From: Pristiophorus japonicus
Taxonomy: Eukaryota
Reading direction: 5' to 3'
Length of the DNA stretch: 64,000 nucleotides
NCBI RefSeq assembly: GCF_044704955.1
Contig: NC_091989.1
Coordinates: 104,098,001 to 104,162,000, forward strand
Shown here: positions 13,301-27,317 of the stretch, one piece after another
How positions within the stretch are numbered: the first letter of the stretch is position 1
Layout of the letters: the number at the start of each line of letters is the position of its first letter
Notes under the pieces: model-generated
Seen by the model: only the letters and a program-made list of their open reading frames with translations
What the model was told of the DNA's origin: nothing
Database searches by the model: none
Made by a program: the position numbers and the translations under genes

Positions 13301-14748
13301 TGGAAAACAGCTAATGTAATGCCTCTGTTTAAAAAAGGGGGCAGACAAAAGGCAGGTAACTATAGGCCGGTTAGTTAAACATCTGCAGTGGGGAAAATGC
13401 TTGAAGCTATCATTAAGGAAGAAATAGCGGGACATCTAGATAGGGATAGTGAAATCAAGCAGACGCAGCATGGATTCATGAAGGGGAAATCATGTTTAAT
13501 TAATTTACTGGAATTCTTTGAGGATATAACGAGCATGGGGATAGAGGTATACCGATGGATGTGGTGTATTTAGATTTCCAAAAGGCATTCGATTAGGTGC
13601 CACACAAAAGTTTACTGCAGAAGATAAAGGTACGCAGAGTCAGAGGAAATGTATTAGCATGGATAGAGAATTGGCTAGCTAACAGAAAGCAGAGAGTTGG
13701 GATAAATGGGTCCTTTTCGGGTTGGAAATCGGTGGTTAGTGCTGTGTCACAGGGATCGGTGCTGGGACCACAACTGTTTACAATATACATAGATGACCTG
13801 GAAGAGAGGACAGAGTGTAGTGCAACAAAATTTGCAGATGACACAAAGATTAGTGGGAAAGTGGGTTGTGTAGAGGACACAGAGAGGCTGCAAAGAGATT
13901 TAGATAGGTGAAGCGAATGGGCTAAGGTTTGGCACATGGAATACAATGTCGGAAAATGTGAGGTCATCCACCTTGGGAAAAAAAACAGTAAAAGGGAATA
14001 TTACTTGAATAGGGAGAAATTACAACATGCTGCAGTGCAGAGGGACCTGGGGGTCCTTGTGCATGAATCCCAAAAAGTTAGTTTGCAGGTGCAGCAGGTA
14101 ATCAGGAAGGCGAATGGAATGTTGGCCTTCATTGCGAGAGGGATGGAATGCAAAAGCAGGGAGGTCCTGCTGCAACTGTATAGGGTATTGGTGAGGCCAC
14201 ACCTGGAGTACTGCATGCAGTTTTGGTCCCTTTCTTCAGGAAGGATATACTAGCTTTGGAGGGGGTACAGAGATGATTCACTAGGCAGAATCCGGAGATG
14301 AGGGGGTTACCTTATGATGATAGATTGAGTAGACTGGGTATTTACACGTTGGAGTTTAGAAGGATGAGAAACATTTAAAATAATGAAAGGGATAGACAAG
14401 ATAGAGGCAGAGAGGTTTTTCCACTGGTCGGGGAGACTAGAACTAGGAGGCACAGCCTCAAAATACGGGGGAGCCAATTTAAAACCAAGTTGAAAAGGAA
14501 TTTCTTCTCCCAGAGGGTTGTGAATCTGTGGAATTCTCTGCCCAAGGAAGCAGTTGAGGCTAGCTCATTGAATGTATTCAAATCACAGATAGATAGATTT
14601 TTAACCAATAAGGGAATGAAGGGTAACTGGGAGCGGGCGGGTAATTGGAGCTGAGTCCACGGCCAGATCAGCCATGATCTTGTTGAATGGCGGAGCAGGC
14701 TCGAGTGGCTAGATGGCCTACTCCTGTTCCTAATTCTTATGTTCTTAC
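10161..14748 (+). mobile_element. Near full-length CR1 LINE (tandem-repeat 5' UTR, ORF1 zinc finger + SGNH esterase, ORF2 APE-RT, (cttatgtt)n tail), degenerate
   Basis: ORF1 CSSCTMW..CGKC, VIGDSIVRG, VHIGTND; ORF2 LNARSIRNK, AITET, FADDTK, RPHLEYC; several stops and frameshifts. Confidence 0.93.
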
Positions 14749-15599
14749 ATTATCTTGGTACAAAATGGCTTACCCCTTATCCTTAGACTGTGATCCCTGA
14801 TTCTGGACTTCACCAACATCGAGAACATTCTTCCTGCATCTAACATATCCAATCCCGTCAGAATTTTACATGTTTCTTTGAGATCACCTCTCATTCTTCT
14901 AAGTTCCTGTGAACATAAGCCTAGTCGATCCAATCTTTCTTCATATGTCAGTCCTGCCATCCCGGGCATCAGTCTGGTGAACCTTCACCGCACTCCCTCA
15001 ATAGCAATAACATCCTTCCTCAGATTAGGAGAACAAAATTGAACACAATATTCCAGGTGAGGCCTCACCAAGGCCCTGTAAAACTGCATCAAGACTTCCC
15101 TGCTCCGATACTCAAATCCCTTAGCTATGAAGACCAACATGCCATTTGCCATTTTCACCGCCTGCTGTATCTGCATGCCAACTTTCAGTGACTGATGTAC
15201 CATGACACCAAGGTCTCGTTACACATCCCCTTTTCCTAATCTGCCGCAATTCAGATAATAGGTCTGACAATAACTTGGATTCAAGCTGCAAAGTTAGCCC
15301 GCCTGCCAAGCGGAAACAGTTTGGTCGGTATGCTAAAGTTAGTAATAATGATTTGTAGCCCATAACTTATAAATCGTGCTCGAGTTGAATTTCCAATTTG
15401 AAAATGCCAGAAGAAACAAATAAGTTCTTTCCCAGATTCAGTGATTGCCGCTGATCACTATCTTATAAAATTTGTCAGTATTTTAATAAGGAATTCTACT
15501 GTAAGACGGAGAAACCACTCTCTGTTTGGGGAGGAGCTGTTAAGATATTGTTTTCATTAATAAAGTATTGTTGGTAGGAATGCATCCCCTTTGTTGTAC

Positions 15600-15902
15600 A
15601 ATAGTCTTGTAGGTGACACTGTCCATGGCCCAGTGTAGTAATAAGCATGCCACTGCAGCTTCCAGCGCGAGCTGTCCTGGTTAACCCTCGCCACTGGATA
15701 AAGGCCAAGCTTTTTCAAGCCTGTGTAGTGGCTGGTGTGCAACGGTCACCACACGTTAAAAAAATCCAAGCTCAGGCATCTTCCACCCCCTCAATTGGAG
15801 TTCAGGACTGGAACATCAGGTCTTTCATCAAAGCACCTGTGAACTCATGTGGAAGCAAGTCATCCTCATTGGACGGACCACCTATGCAGATGATGATGAT
15901 GA
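15600..15902 (+). mobile_element. Short non-autonomous element with an RTE-type 3' tail ending in (gat)n
   Basis: gtggaagcaagtcatcctc...ggaccaccta..gatgatgatgat matches the 3' end of the RTE at 6278-6320 (reverse strand gtggaagcaagtcttcctc...ggactgcctatga); 5' boundary uncertain. Confidence 0.65.
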
Positions 15903-16799
15903 GTAGTAATACGTATATCGAGCCGCACTGCTCTTTGTAATTCAGGTTAGTAAGAGACAATGTGCTTCATAGGACGAAAGCTTCCTGAATACAAACAACT
16001 GTCTGCGTCTTGCACAATCTGCTTAAATAAAAGTCAAACGCTTCTTAAACTGCCTGTCTCCCTGCTGGACAGGACGATACAGAGATGCTTGTCGCAGCAG
16101 GAATTTCTACCCATCTGTCAACTAATGCAGCAAAGTGAAGCTGCATGTATATTTAGCTTGTAACCACAGACAGTTAGATACGTGCAGTTTTACATGTCCA
16201 TTCACCTGCAGTCCAGCAAACCTGCAGCGGCTACAACTTTTGCAAACAGAAGTCAACTTATCTGCGTTCACAAATATCTACGAACACGCACTTTTGGTAC
16301 AAATACACCCTTATATAATCAGAGGAAGTCCTTTCTCTGTGACCATTAGACTGTTTTACCTTTGAATTGTTACCGCCAAGTAGGAAGTCCTGCACCTGTT
16401 GATATTATGATAAGATTGAGGGTTTTGTTTTAGCTTTAGAGAATCACAGGTCTTTCAAACGATATCTGTAACTTGCTGGTGCTCAGTGGGCAAATGATCC
16501 GCGAGGTGCAGCATTGAGTCATGCAGGGAGATCACTTTTTCTGAGCCCTGTTGCCTGTTGAAATAGAGTTTAGGGAGTGGGGTTCTACAGCCGATCTCAG
16601 CTGCCGTGACCTCTGCTTCAGGTTGGAGATGTGATAGTTCCTACAATCCGATTATCGACGAATGGACTCGAGAGAAAAATCTGTAAGCTGTGCAGCTAAA
16701 ACTATGGCCTTTAATGACCGTTGGTGTTATCCCTAAGATTAAATAAATCATTGGGAGTACATCCGTCTGCACTGAAAGCAATGGTGTTGATACAAAGCG

Positions 16800-17040
16800 A
16801 TTCAAGAAAGGAGGGAGAGAGATAACAGGGAACTACAGGCCCGTTAGCCTCACATCAGTTGTAGGGAAAATGCTGGAATCCGTTAATAAGGAAGTGGTCA
16901 CAGGACACTTAGAAAATCATAATACGATTAGGAAGAGTCATCATGGTGTTATAAACGGGAAATCCTGTTTGACAAATTTATTAAAGTTTTTTGAGGATGT
17001 AACTAGCAGTGTAGATAAAGGGGAATCAGTGGATTTAGTG
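16800..17040 (+). mobile_element. CR1 RT fragment
   Basis: GNYRPVSLTSVVGKMLES..GKSCLTNLLKFFEDVT. Confidence 0.85.
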
Positions 17041-17554
17041 CAGGGGAAGAGCTTCTCTTTATCAAGCTTCTTGAGCATTCGAATGGTTTAGTAGTTGCAA
17101 GAGCACTCTATATAACACAGTGTACCCGCAAAGTTGATAAAGGAACGGCGATATGTATCAAAGTCAGGACGGTTTGTGACTTGGAGAAGAACTTCACGAT
17201 TATTACGTTCCCATGACGTTGTTGCTCTCATCCTGCTCGTTGGTAGAGTCTAAGAGCTGGGATGTGTTACTTAAGAAGAACTTCCTTACATCAGTCCTAA
17301 ATTGGCTTGCATCTGTTAGCCAGATAATAGATTTAGCTTGCACAGCGTTTGCTAACGATCGTCAGCAGCCGGACTTTTAAACAATCCGCCTGAAAGTTCA
17401 CTTACCACTGTATTTTCATTTATTTGAAATATATTTGAAGTTGAGAACTGCAAGATATATGTGTCCTACATGGGTGAAATTGTTTTAATAAATGCATAAC
17501 TTGATGAAGTCTACAGCAGGACGGACCTTGCAACGGGAATGTGACATCACTATA

Positions 17555-17945
17555 TTATACAATCACAGAATAGTTACAGCACAGAAGGCGGCCATTCGGC
17601 CCGTCGAGCCCGTGCCGGCTCTCTACAAGAACACTTCAGCAATCCCAGTCCTCTGGTCTTTCCCCGTAGCCCTGTATTTTATTTCCTTCAGGGACTTACC
17701 CAATTCCCTTTTGAAAGTAACAGCTGAATCTGCCTCAACCACGCTTTCAGGCAGTGAATTCCATATCCTAACCATTCGCTGTGTAAAACGTTTTTCCTCA
17801 TCCTGCCTTTGGTTCTTCTGCCAATCATCCTAAATCTGTGTCCCCTCGTTCTCGACCCTTCCGCCACTGGGAACAGTTTCTCTCGGTCTAGACACCTCAT
17901 GATTTTGAACCTCTCTATCAAATTTCGTCTCAAACCTCTCTGCTC
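17555..17945 (-). mobile_element. CR1 3' end (continues at 18997-19035 after an insertion)
   Basis: REKLFPVAEGSRTRGHRF motif and 3' UTR on the minus strand. Confidence 0.8.
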
Positions 17946-18996
17946 ACTTTTTAAAAAAGGAGGGAGAGAGAAAACAGGGAATTATAGACCGGATAGCCTG
18001 ACATCGGTAGTAGGGAAAATGTTGGAATCAATTGTTAAAGATGTAATAGCAGGGCATTTGGAAAGCAGTGACAGGATCGGTCCAAGTCAGCATGGATTTA
18101 TGAAAGGGAAATCATGCTTGACAAATCTTCTAGAATTTTTTGAGGATGTAACGTGTAGGGAGGACAAGGGAGAACCAGAGAATGTGGTGTATTTTGTCTT
18201 TCAAAAGGCTTTTGACAAGGTCCAATACAAGAGATTAGTGTGCAAAATTAAAGCACATGGAATGGTGAAAGATTAGGAAAAGGGAGGTGCAACGAGACCT
18301 GGGTGTCATAGTGCATCAATCATTGAAAGTTGGCATGCAGATACAGCAGGCTGTGAAGAATGTTGGCCTTCATAGCGAGAGGAAGGTCTTACTGCAGTTG
18401 TACAATGCGTTGGTGAGGCCACATCTTGAATATTATATATGTTTTGGTCTCCTAATCTGAGGAAGGACATTCTTGCTATTGAGGGAGTGCAGCGAAGGTT
18501 CACCAGACTGATTCCCAGGATGGCAGGACTGACATATGAAGAAAGACTGGATCGACTAGGCTTATATTCACTGGAATTTAGAAGAATGAGAGGGGATCTC
18601 ATAGAAACAAGTAAACTTCTGAAGGGATTGGACAGATTAGATGCAGGAAGAATGTTTCCGATATTGGGGAAGTCCAGGATCAGGGGTCACAGTCTAACGA
18701 CAAGGGGTAAGCCATTTAGGATGGCGATGAGGAGAAATTTCTTCACTCAGAGAGTTGTCAACATGTGGAATTCTCAACCACAGAAAGTTGTTGAGGCCAG
18801 TTTATTAGATATATTCAAAAGGGAGTTAGATATGGCCCTTACAGCTAAAGGGAACATGGGGTATGGAGAGAAAGCAGGAGTGGGGTACTGAAGTTGCTTG
18901 ATCAGCCATGATCATATTGAATGGTGGTGCAGGCTTGGAGGGCCGAATGGCCTACTCCAGCACCTATTTTCTATGTTTCTATGTTTCTGTGTTTCT
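17946..18996 (+). mobile_element. 5'-truncated CR1 with (tttctatg)n tail
   Basis: FKKGGREKTGNYRP..; same family as 1-2325 and 42927-45065; internal deletion near 18265. Confidence 0.9.
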
Positions 18997-21070
18997 AAAC
19001 AGAACAGCCCCAGCTTCTCCAGTCTATCCACATAAGGGAGGTCCGTGAGATCGGGAGGCCAGAGAAGTCCCTGATTTCGGGAGGCCAAAGAGGTCCATGA
19101 CTTTGGAAGGACAGAGAGTTCCGTGAGTTCTGGAGAGTTCAGGAATTCTGGAGGTGAGGAATCCGAAGATCAGGAGGCCCAGAGATTGTCGAAGAGTTCA
19201 CTTCTGATGAGGATCTCACAGCCCTCGCCCGGGCAGTGGTTGGTTGTTTAATTGGTATGTATCTCTCTTTTTTCTTTTTCTTTTAAATTGATTTTAAATT
19301 AGATAAGTTTAAATAGAGGGATGGCAGGGCAGCCCATTCCCATGGACTGCACATCTTGTGACATGTGGGAAGTCCTGGATGCTTCACATGGCGTAGATAA
19401 CCATGTGTGCAGGAGGTGTCTCCAGGTTCAACTTCTCGAGCTCCATGTTTTGGAGCTTGAGCGATGGCTGGAGTCAATACGGTGCATCTGTGAGGCTGAG
19501 AGCTACATGGATAGCACGTTTCAGGAGGTCATCATCCCACAGCTTAAAAGCATGTAGGTAGAAGGGAAATAGGTGAACACCAGATGGAGGAAGAATGCTA
19601 GGCGTGTAGTGCAGGAGTCCCCCGTGAGTCCATCTCACTTTCAAACCGATATTGTCTTTAAGCACCGGTGTGGGCGATGGTGCCTCTGGGGAGTGCAGCC
19701 AAAGTTAAGTCCAAGCACTACGGGTGGCTCAGGTGCACAGGGGGGAGGGATGAAGAATAAAAGAGCTGTAGTGATAGGGGATTCTATAGTTAGGGGAAAA
19801 GAGAGGGGTTTCTGCAGCCGCAGACGTGACTTCAGAATGGTCTAGTGCTTCCCTGGTGCCAGGGTCCAGGATGTCACAGAGCAGATGCAGAGCATTCTGG
19901 GGGGAGATGGTAAACAGCTACAGGTTGTGGTCTATATCGGTACCAATAACATAGATAGAAAGAGGGATGAGGTCCAACAGGAAGAATTTAGGGAGTTAGG
20001 AAGAAAATTAAAGGGTAGGACCTAAAACTAGTAATCTCTGGGTTACTCTGGTGCCACATGATAATGCGTACAAGAAAGGAATGATAGAGAGGATGAATGC
20101 ATGGCTGAAAAGTTGGTGTAGGAGGGAGGGCTTTAAATTACTGAGGCATTAATACTGAGTCTGGGGAGATGGGACCTGTACATACCGGACGGGTTGCACA
20201 TCAATGGCGCTGAGACTAATATCCTCACGGGGAGTTTTGCTACTCCTGTTGGGGAGAGTTTAAACTAGCTTGGCAGTGGTATTGAAACCTGAGAACTAAT
20301 TCAATAGGGAAGGAAGTAAACCAGAAATTGGACCGCAAGAATTTAGAAAAGGAATCTGTAAGACAGAGAAAACAAGGGCTAGTTAGTATTAATCAAGGAG
20401 GTCTTCCTATGCTAAATGGTATATACTTTAATGTAAGGATTGTAGCGAATAAGGCGGATGAGCTAAGAGTACAGGTAGACACTTGGGAGTATTCAATTAT
20501 AGTCATTACAGAGACACGATTGAAAGAGGGGCAGGTTTGGCAGATCAATGTTCCTGGTTATAGGTTTTTTTAGACAAGACAGAGAGAGGGTTAAAAATGG
20601 GGCGGGGGGATGGTCGCATCATTGATTAAATAAACTATTGCAGCTGTGAGGAGGGTGATATGTTGGAGTGATCATCAAATGAGGCCATATTGAGTCGAAT
20701 TGTACAATAAAAAAGGGGCAATCAAACTGCTGGCTGTCTATTATAGACACCCAAACAGTGGGAGGTAGATGGAAGAGCAAATATGTAAGCTAATTGCTGT
20801 GACATCCAAAAACTGTAGGGCAGTAATCGTAGGGGATTTTAACTATCCAAATATTGATTGGGACAAATATAGTGTGAAGGGCATAGAGGGTGAGGAATTT
20901 TTAAAATGCATTCAGGAGAACTTTTTTAGTCAGTATGTAACAAGCCTAAAATGGGAGGGGGCGGTTCTGGATTTTGTTTTGGGAAATTAAGCTGGGCAGG
21001 TGGAAGGGGTATTCGTGTGAAATCACTTGGGTGCCAATGACCATAATTCAGTCAGATTCAAGGTAGTTAT

Positions 21071-21318
21071 TGTCATGTATCTTACATTATTATATATAAC
21101 TGTATCCAAACATGCTATACATGACTGTAATAAGATATGACCTGTAACCAGCAGCAAACCTTACCACCAGGGGTGCACTTGCAAGAGACAGGAATATAAG
21201 GACAGGTCTCAGGCAAGTGCAGCATTCCAGAGCTGTGAAATAAAGGTGCAGGTCCAGAGTGACCTTGACTCTACTACATGCCTTGTGTAAATCTGTACTG
21301 AGGGGACAGGACTTTACA
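21071..21318 (+). repeat. Gypsy 5' LTR
   Basis: tgtcatg...ctttaca; about 12 mismatches against the 3' LTR; aataaa inside. Confidence 0.96.
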
Positions 21319-24300
21319 GTGGCGACGAGTTACGGGATTACAGAATCCACAGAATGGCAAACAACGGATCAGATGAAAAGTACAATGTGGGAGACAATTG
21401 GGAGGACTTTATACAAAAAGGCTCCAGCAAAGCTTTGTAACCAAAGACTGGTTAGGCGATGATAAGGCAGACAAGAAAAGAGCCCATCTCTTGACCAGCT
21501 GTGGCTCAAAAACATACGCTTTAATGTAGGATCTGTTGGCACCCGAGAAACCATCAAGCAAGTCATTTGAAGAATTGAGCACACTGTTAAGAGACCACCT
21601 GAAGCCAGCGAGCAGCCTACACATGGCCAGACACAGGTTCTATAACTACGCTGTATGGGCCAGAGCATACCCGACTTCGTGGCGGAACTTCAGAGGTTGC
21701 CTAGTTTATGTGAGTTCTCCGATGAACTGAGGAGAGAAATGCTGAGACTTTTTCATTGAAGGAATAGGCCACGCAGGCATATTCCAAAAGTTCATAGAGA
21801 CCAAGAACCTGACCTTAGAGGCAGCAGCACTGGTTGCACAGACATTCTTGATAGGGGAAGAAGAAACAAGGTTGATTTACAATGCAGGTACGACAACTAA
21901 CGAAATATCGGAACAAGAAGTTCACAGCATTAAACAAGCTGCTACCCCCACACACAGACAAAACCAGGAGAACAGGCTCTCAACAGCAGGCAGAAGCCAT
22001 CAAGGACCACAGCAACGGCCGTTCACACCTCATCAACCCATAATGTGAGCAATCAACTGCAAACTGAGAGAAGCTCAAGGGAGATCAGCCAGATGCAGCT
22101 CATTCTTTGGGAACACTTTGAACAATGAAACAGGTCTGTGCTGGAAGTGTGGGGGTGGGCACTCGTCAAGGGGATGTCGATTTCAGCAGGCTGTTTTCAG
22201 AAATTGTGAATATACAGGGCATTTGCCCCGCATGTGCAAAAAAACGGCAGCTCAGCTGGTATATGAATCCGATGGGTTGGAAAGCGGACCAGAAGATGGT
22301 AGGGACAGTACCCGGGACACCGATTACAGCGAGTCAACATGATCAATGGCCGCTGCTCCTACAACAGGATGCCTCTTATAATGATGAGGATCCTACTCAA
22401 CGGGATATCTGTCAAGATGGAGCTGGATACGGGAGCGAGTCAATCTCTCATGGGCGCTCAACAATTTGAACAACTGTGGCTGCATAAAAGAGACAGACCA
22501 AAACTCACAAGGGTCGACACCAAACTAAGAACCTATACCAAAGAAATCGTACCAGTCCTCGTCAGCGCCATGCTCTCTGTCACACACAAAGGGACAGAGA
22601 ACCGACTTCCCTGTGGATTGTCCCCGGAGATCCCCCAGCACTGCTGGGGAGAAGCTGGCTGGCAAAACTAAACTGGAAATTGGATGATGTCCATGCCATG
22701 TCGTTAGAGGAACGGAACTCCTGCTCAACAGTTATAAAGTGATTTGAACATCTCTTTCAGCTAGGTGTGGGTACTTTCAAAGGGGCCAAAGTCAAAATCT
22801 ACATCACACATGATGCTAGACCGGTCCATCACAAGGCCAGAGCTTTACCCCATGTGATGATGGAAAAGATTGAACATGAACTAGACAGGCTTCTGCGGGA
22901 AAGCATTATATCACCTGTGGAATTTAACGACTGGGCAAGTCCCATCGTCCCAGTCATGAAGCCTGATGGATCCGTATGAATCTGTGGGGACTACAAATCT
23001 ACCATAAACAGAGTCTCCCTACAGGACCAGTACCCGCTGCCCAGAGCGGAGGACTTATTTGCCACATTGGCTGGAGATAAACTTTTCTCAAAATTAGACC
23101 TCACATCTGCGTATATGATGCAAGAATTGACCGAGGAATCCAAGCTACTCACCACCATCAACACACATCGAGGCCTTTTCATGTACAATCGATGCCCATT
23201 CGGCATCAGGTCGGCAGCTGCCATATTCCAGTGCAGCATGGAGAGTCTGCTCAAGTCCATCCCGGGAACGGTTGTATTTCAAGACGACCTACTTATCATG
23301 GGCAGGGACACCGACTCCCATCTCCGTAATATGGAGGAAGTACTAAAGTGGTTGGATCGGGTAGGCCTACGAGTCAAGAAATCCAAGTGCCTGTTTCTCG
23401 CACCTGAGGTTGAATTTTTGGGCAGAAGGATTGCCGCTGATGGAATCCGCCCAACAGAGTCCAAAACAGAAGCAATTCGCCTGGCACCGAGGCCCCGGAA
23501 TGTCTCAGAACTGTACACCTTTCTCGGGCTACTCAATTACTTTGGGAACTTTATGCAGAACTTAAGCATGCTGCTGGAGCCTCTCCATGTGCTACTCAGG
23601 AAGGGGTGCGATTGGTTTTGGGGGGACGCCCAGGAACGCGCCTTCAAAAGGCACGCAACCTTCTGTGTTCCAACAGTGTTTTGACTTTCTTTGACCCAGG
23701 TAAAAAGCTAGTTCTCACATGCGATGCGTCAGCATATGGGGTCGGGTGCGATTTGCAACATGTCAATAGTGTGGGCAAATTAGAACCCATAGCTTATGCC
23801 TCCAGGTCACTTTCGCAGGCGGAGCACGGGTACAGAATGGTAGAGAAGGAGGCGCTCGCGTGCGTGTACGGTGTCAAAAAGATGCACCAATACCTTTTCG
23901 GGGCCAAGTTCGCATTAGAAACCAACCACAAGCCGCTCACATCTCCCATATCTGAGAGCAAGGCAATAAACGCCAATGCCTCGGCGCGAATTCAACGGTG
24001 GGCACTCATGCTGGCGCCCTACGACTATACCATAAGGCACAGACCAGGCACAGACAACTGTGCTCAGCAGGCTACCCCTGGCGACAACAGAAGGGTCTGA
24101 CGAACAGGAGTGTGAGATAGTCATGGCAATCAATGCCTTTGAGTCCACAGGTTCTCCGATGATGGCTCACCAAATCAGAGCCTGGACGGCCAGTGACCCC
24201 ACGTTATCCTTAGTAAAAAGATGTGTCCTAACCAGTGACTGGGCAGAGGCTTGTGATGCCTGCCCCGAGGAATTAAAACCCTTTCACAGGCGCATGCATG

Positions 24301-25551
24301 AGCTATCACTACAAGCTGACTGCCTGATGTGGGGCAGCACGAGTAGTCATGCCTCTGCGAGGCAGAGAGGCATTTGTCCGGGAGCTCCACCACGAGCACC
24401 CGGGGATCGTTCTCATGAAGATCATAGCCAGATCCCACATCTGGTGGCCTGGTATTGACGCGGACTTGGAGCTCTGCGTCCGAAGGTGCACCATTTGTGC
24501 CCAACTCAGCAATGCCCCCAGGGAGGCTCCACTGAGCCCCTGGCCCTGGCCTACCAAACCGTGGTCGCGGGTGCATGTAGACTATTCAGGCCCATTCATG
24601 GGCAAAATGTTCCTCGTAGTTGTAGATGCATTTACAAAGTGGATCGAATGCACCATTTTAAACTCAAGCACAACCTCCACCACTGTGGAGAGCCTCGCAA
24701 CCATGTATGCAATGCATGGAATCCCTGACATATTGGTCAGTGACAATGGTCCGTGCTTCACCAGCGCAAAATTCCAAGAAGTTATAATTGACCACGGCAT
24801 GAATTGCGTCAAGACGGCACCATTCAAGCTGGCCTCCAACGGTCAGGCGGAGAGAGCAGTGCAAATCATTAAACAAGGCATGCTTAAAATCCAAGGTCCC
24901 ATGCTGCAGGGTCACCTGTCGCGACTGCTGCTGGCATACAGATCTCGTCCGCACTCACTGACTGGGATCCCCCCTGCGCAACTGTTGATGAAAAGGACTT
25001 TAAAAACAAGGCTCTCATTAATCTTCCCAGACATGCATGAAATCGTTGAGGCAAAGCGCCGTAAGCTGACTGATTACCATGACAGAAATTCGAGGTGGAG
25101 ATGGAATGAGATAGGGGACAAAGTGTTTGTACTAAACTATGGCAGGGGTCCCAAATGGCTTGCAGGGACAGTAACGGAAGGAAAGAGGCTGCTGGTAGTA
25201 CAAATGGACAATGGCAAAACCTGTCGGAGGCATGTAGACCAAGTCAAAAGCAGATTTACCAACAACACTGTGGAACCAGAGGCAGACTACAATGTGGAAC
25301 TCGCAGCACACCTGGTGGACAGGCAGAAGGAATAACCTGAGGAAAGGGCAATCCCAACAGACAGACCAGGCGAGTCAACAACAATCACACCAATTGAAAC
25401 AGACAGCCCAGGCGAGATACCAGCAACCACACCCAAAGAAAAACAGGCACCAAGGCAAACAACTGCACCACAACTCAGACGCTCCACGCGAGAGCGTAGA
25501 CCACTTGAGAGACTGAAGCTATAAAGACAATAAGACCTTGGGGGAGGGTGA

Positions 25552-25799
25552 TGTCATGTATCTTACATTATTATATATAACTGTATCCTAACATGCTATA
25601 CATGACTGTAATAAGATATGACCTGTAACCACCAGCATACCTTACCACCAGGGGTGCACTTGCAAGAGACAGGTATATAAGGACAGGTCTCAGGCAAGTG
25701 GAGCATTCCAGAGCTGTGAAATAAAGGTGCAGGTCCAGAGTGACCTTGACTTCACTACATGCCTCATGTGAATCTGTACTGAGGAGACAGGAATTTACA
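25552..25799 (+). repeat. Gypsy 3' LTR
   Basis: tgtcatg...atttaca, preceded by the PPT. Confidence 0.96.
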
Positions 25800-27317
25800 G
25801 TTGTAGAGAAGGACAAGGATAGACCAGGAATAAAAGTCCCAAATTGGGGAAAACCTAACTTTGATAAGTTGAGGAGTGATTTAGCCACAGTGGACTGGAA
25901 ACAGCTAATTGTGGGTAAATCAGTGTCAGAGCAGTGGAGGCATTCAAGGAGGAGATCCGGAAGGCTCCAGCCAAATATGTGCCCTTAAAGATAAAGGGTG
26001 CGAATAATCATTCTAGAGTCCCTTGTTGTCTACAGACTTACAGGGGAGGATAAAGAGAAAAAGGGAAGGTTATGTCATATACAAACGGCTAAATACTGTA
26101 CAATCTTTGGAGGAATATAGAAAGTTAAGAGATAAAATTAAAACGGATATTAGGAATGCTAAGAGAGAGCATGAAAAATTATTGGCTAGTAAAATTAAGG
26201 AAAACACAAAGATGTTCTATAAATATATTAAGAGTAAGAGGATAACTTAAAAAAGGGTAGGGCCTATTAGAGACCATGATATTTGTGTGGTGGCGGAGGA
26301 TGTTGGTATGGTTCTTAATGAATACTTTGCATTTGTTTTCACAAGGGAAAGGGGCAATGCAGATACTGCTATTATGGAGGAGTGTGAAATTCTGGATGAA
26401 ATAAAAATAGTGAGAGAGGAGGTATTAAGGGTTTTAACAGCTTTGATAGTAGATAAGTCTCCATGCCCGGATGAAATGCATCCCAGGCTGTTGAGCAAAG
26501 TAAAAGAGGAAATAGGAGAGGCATTGACCATCATTTTCCAGTTTTCTTTGGATTTGGGCATGGTGCTGGAGGACTGGAGGACTGCTAAAGTGGTACCCAT
26601 TTTTAAGAAGGAAGAAAGGGATAGGCCGAGTAATTACAAGCCTGTCAGCCTAATCTCAGTGATGGGAAAATTATTGCAAATAATCCCGAAAGACAGGATG
26701 AATCTACATTTTGAAAGGCAAGGATTAATTAGGAACAGTCAGCACGGATTTGTTAAGGGAAGATCCTATTTGACGAACCTGAATGAATTTTTTGAGGAGG
26801 TAACCAGGAGTGTTGATGAAAGTAGTGCATATGATGTAGTGTATATGAACTTTAGCAAAGCTTTTGATAAGGTCACACATGGTAGATTGGTCACGCAGGT
26901 TAAAGCCCATGTGATCCAGGGCAATGTGGCTAACTGGATCCAAAATTGGCTTGGAGGTAGGAAGCAGCGGTTAATGGTTGATGCATGTTTTTGTGACTGG
27001 AAGGATGTTTCCAGTGGGGTTCCACAAGTCTCAGTACTGGGTCCCTTGTTTTTTGGGTACACATCAATGACCTAGGTTTTAATATAGGGAGTATGATTAA
27101 GAAGTTTGCAGATGAAACTAAAATTGACTGTGTGGTTGATAATAAAAAGAGTCATAGAATGTAGGAGGATATCAATCTGCTGGTCAAGTGGGCAGAGCAG
27201 TGGCAAATGGAATTGAATTCAGAGATATGTGAGGTAATGCACTTTGGGAGGGCTAATAAGGAAAGGGTATACACATTAAGTGGTAGGCCACTTAAAAGTG
27301 TAGATGAACAAACGGAC

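Larger units (their letters stand above)
9898..15260 (-). mobile_element. CR1 3' fragment (9898-10160 and 14749-15260) split by the full-length + strand CR1
   Basis: The two pieces are collinear (..FFTQR | GKPF.. on the minus strand); tail at about 9900. Confidence 0.85.
21071..25799 (+). mobile_element. Complete Ty3/Gypsy (Mag-like) LTR retrotransposon, gag-pro-RT-RH-IN, no env, degenerate
   Basis: 248-bp TG..CA LTRs; TSD GTTAT/GTTGT; PBS TGGCGACGAG 21320-21329; PPT ggggagggtga 25541-25551; Cys/His knuckles, LDTGAS, FQDD, HHCC, VSDNGP. Confidence 0.96.
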
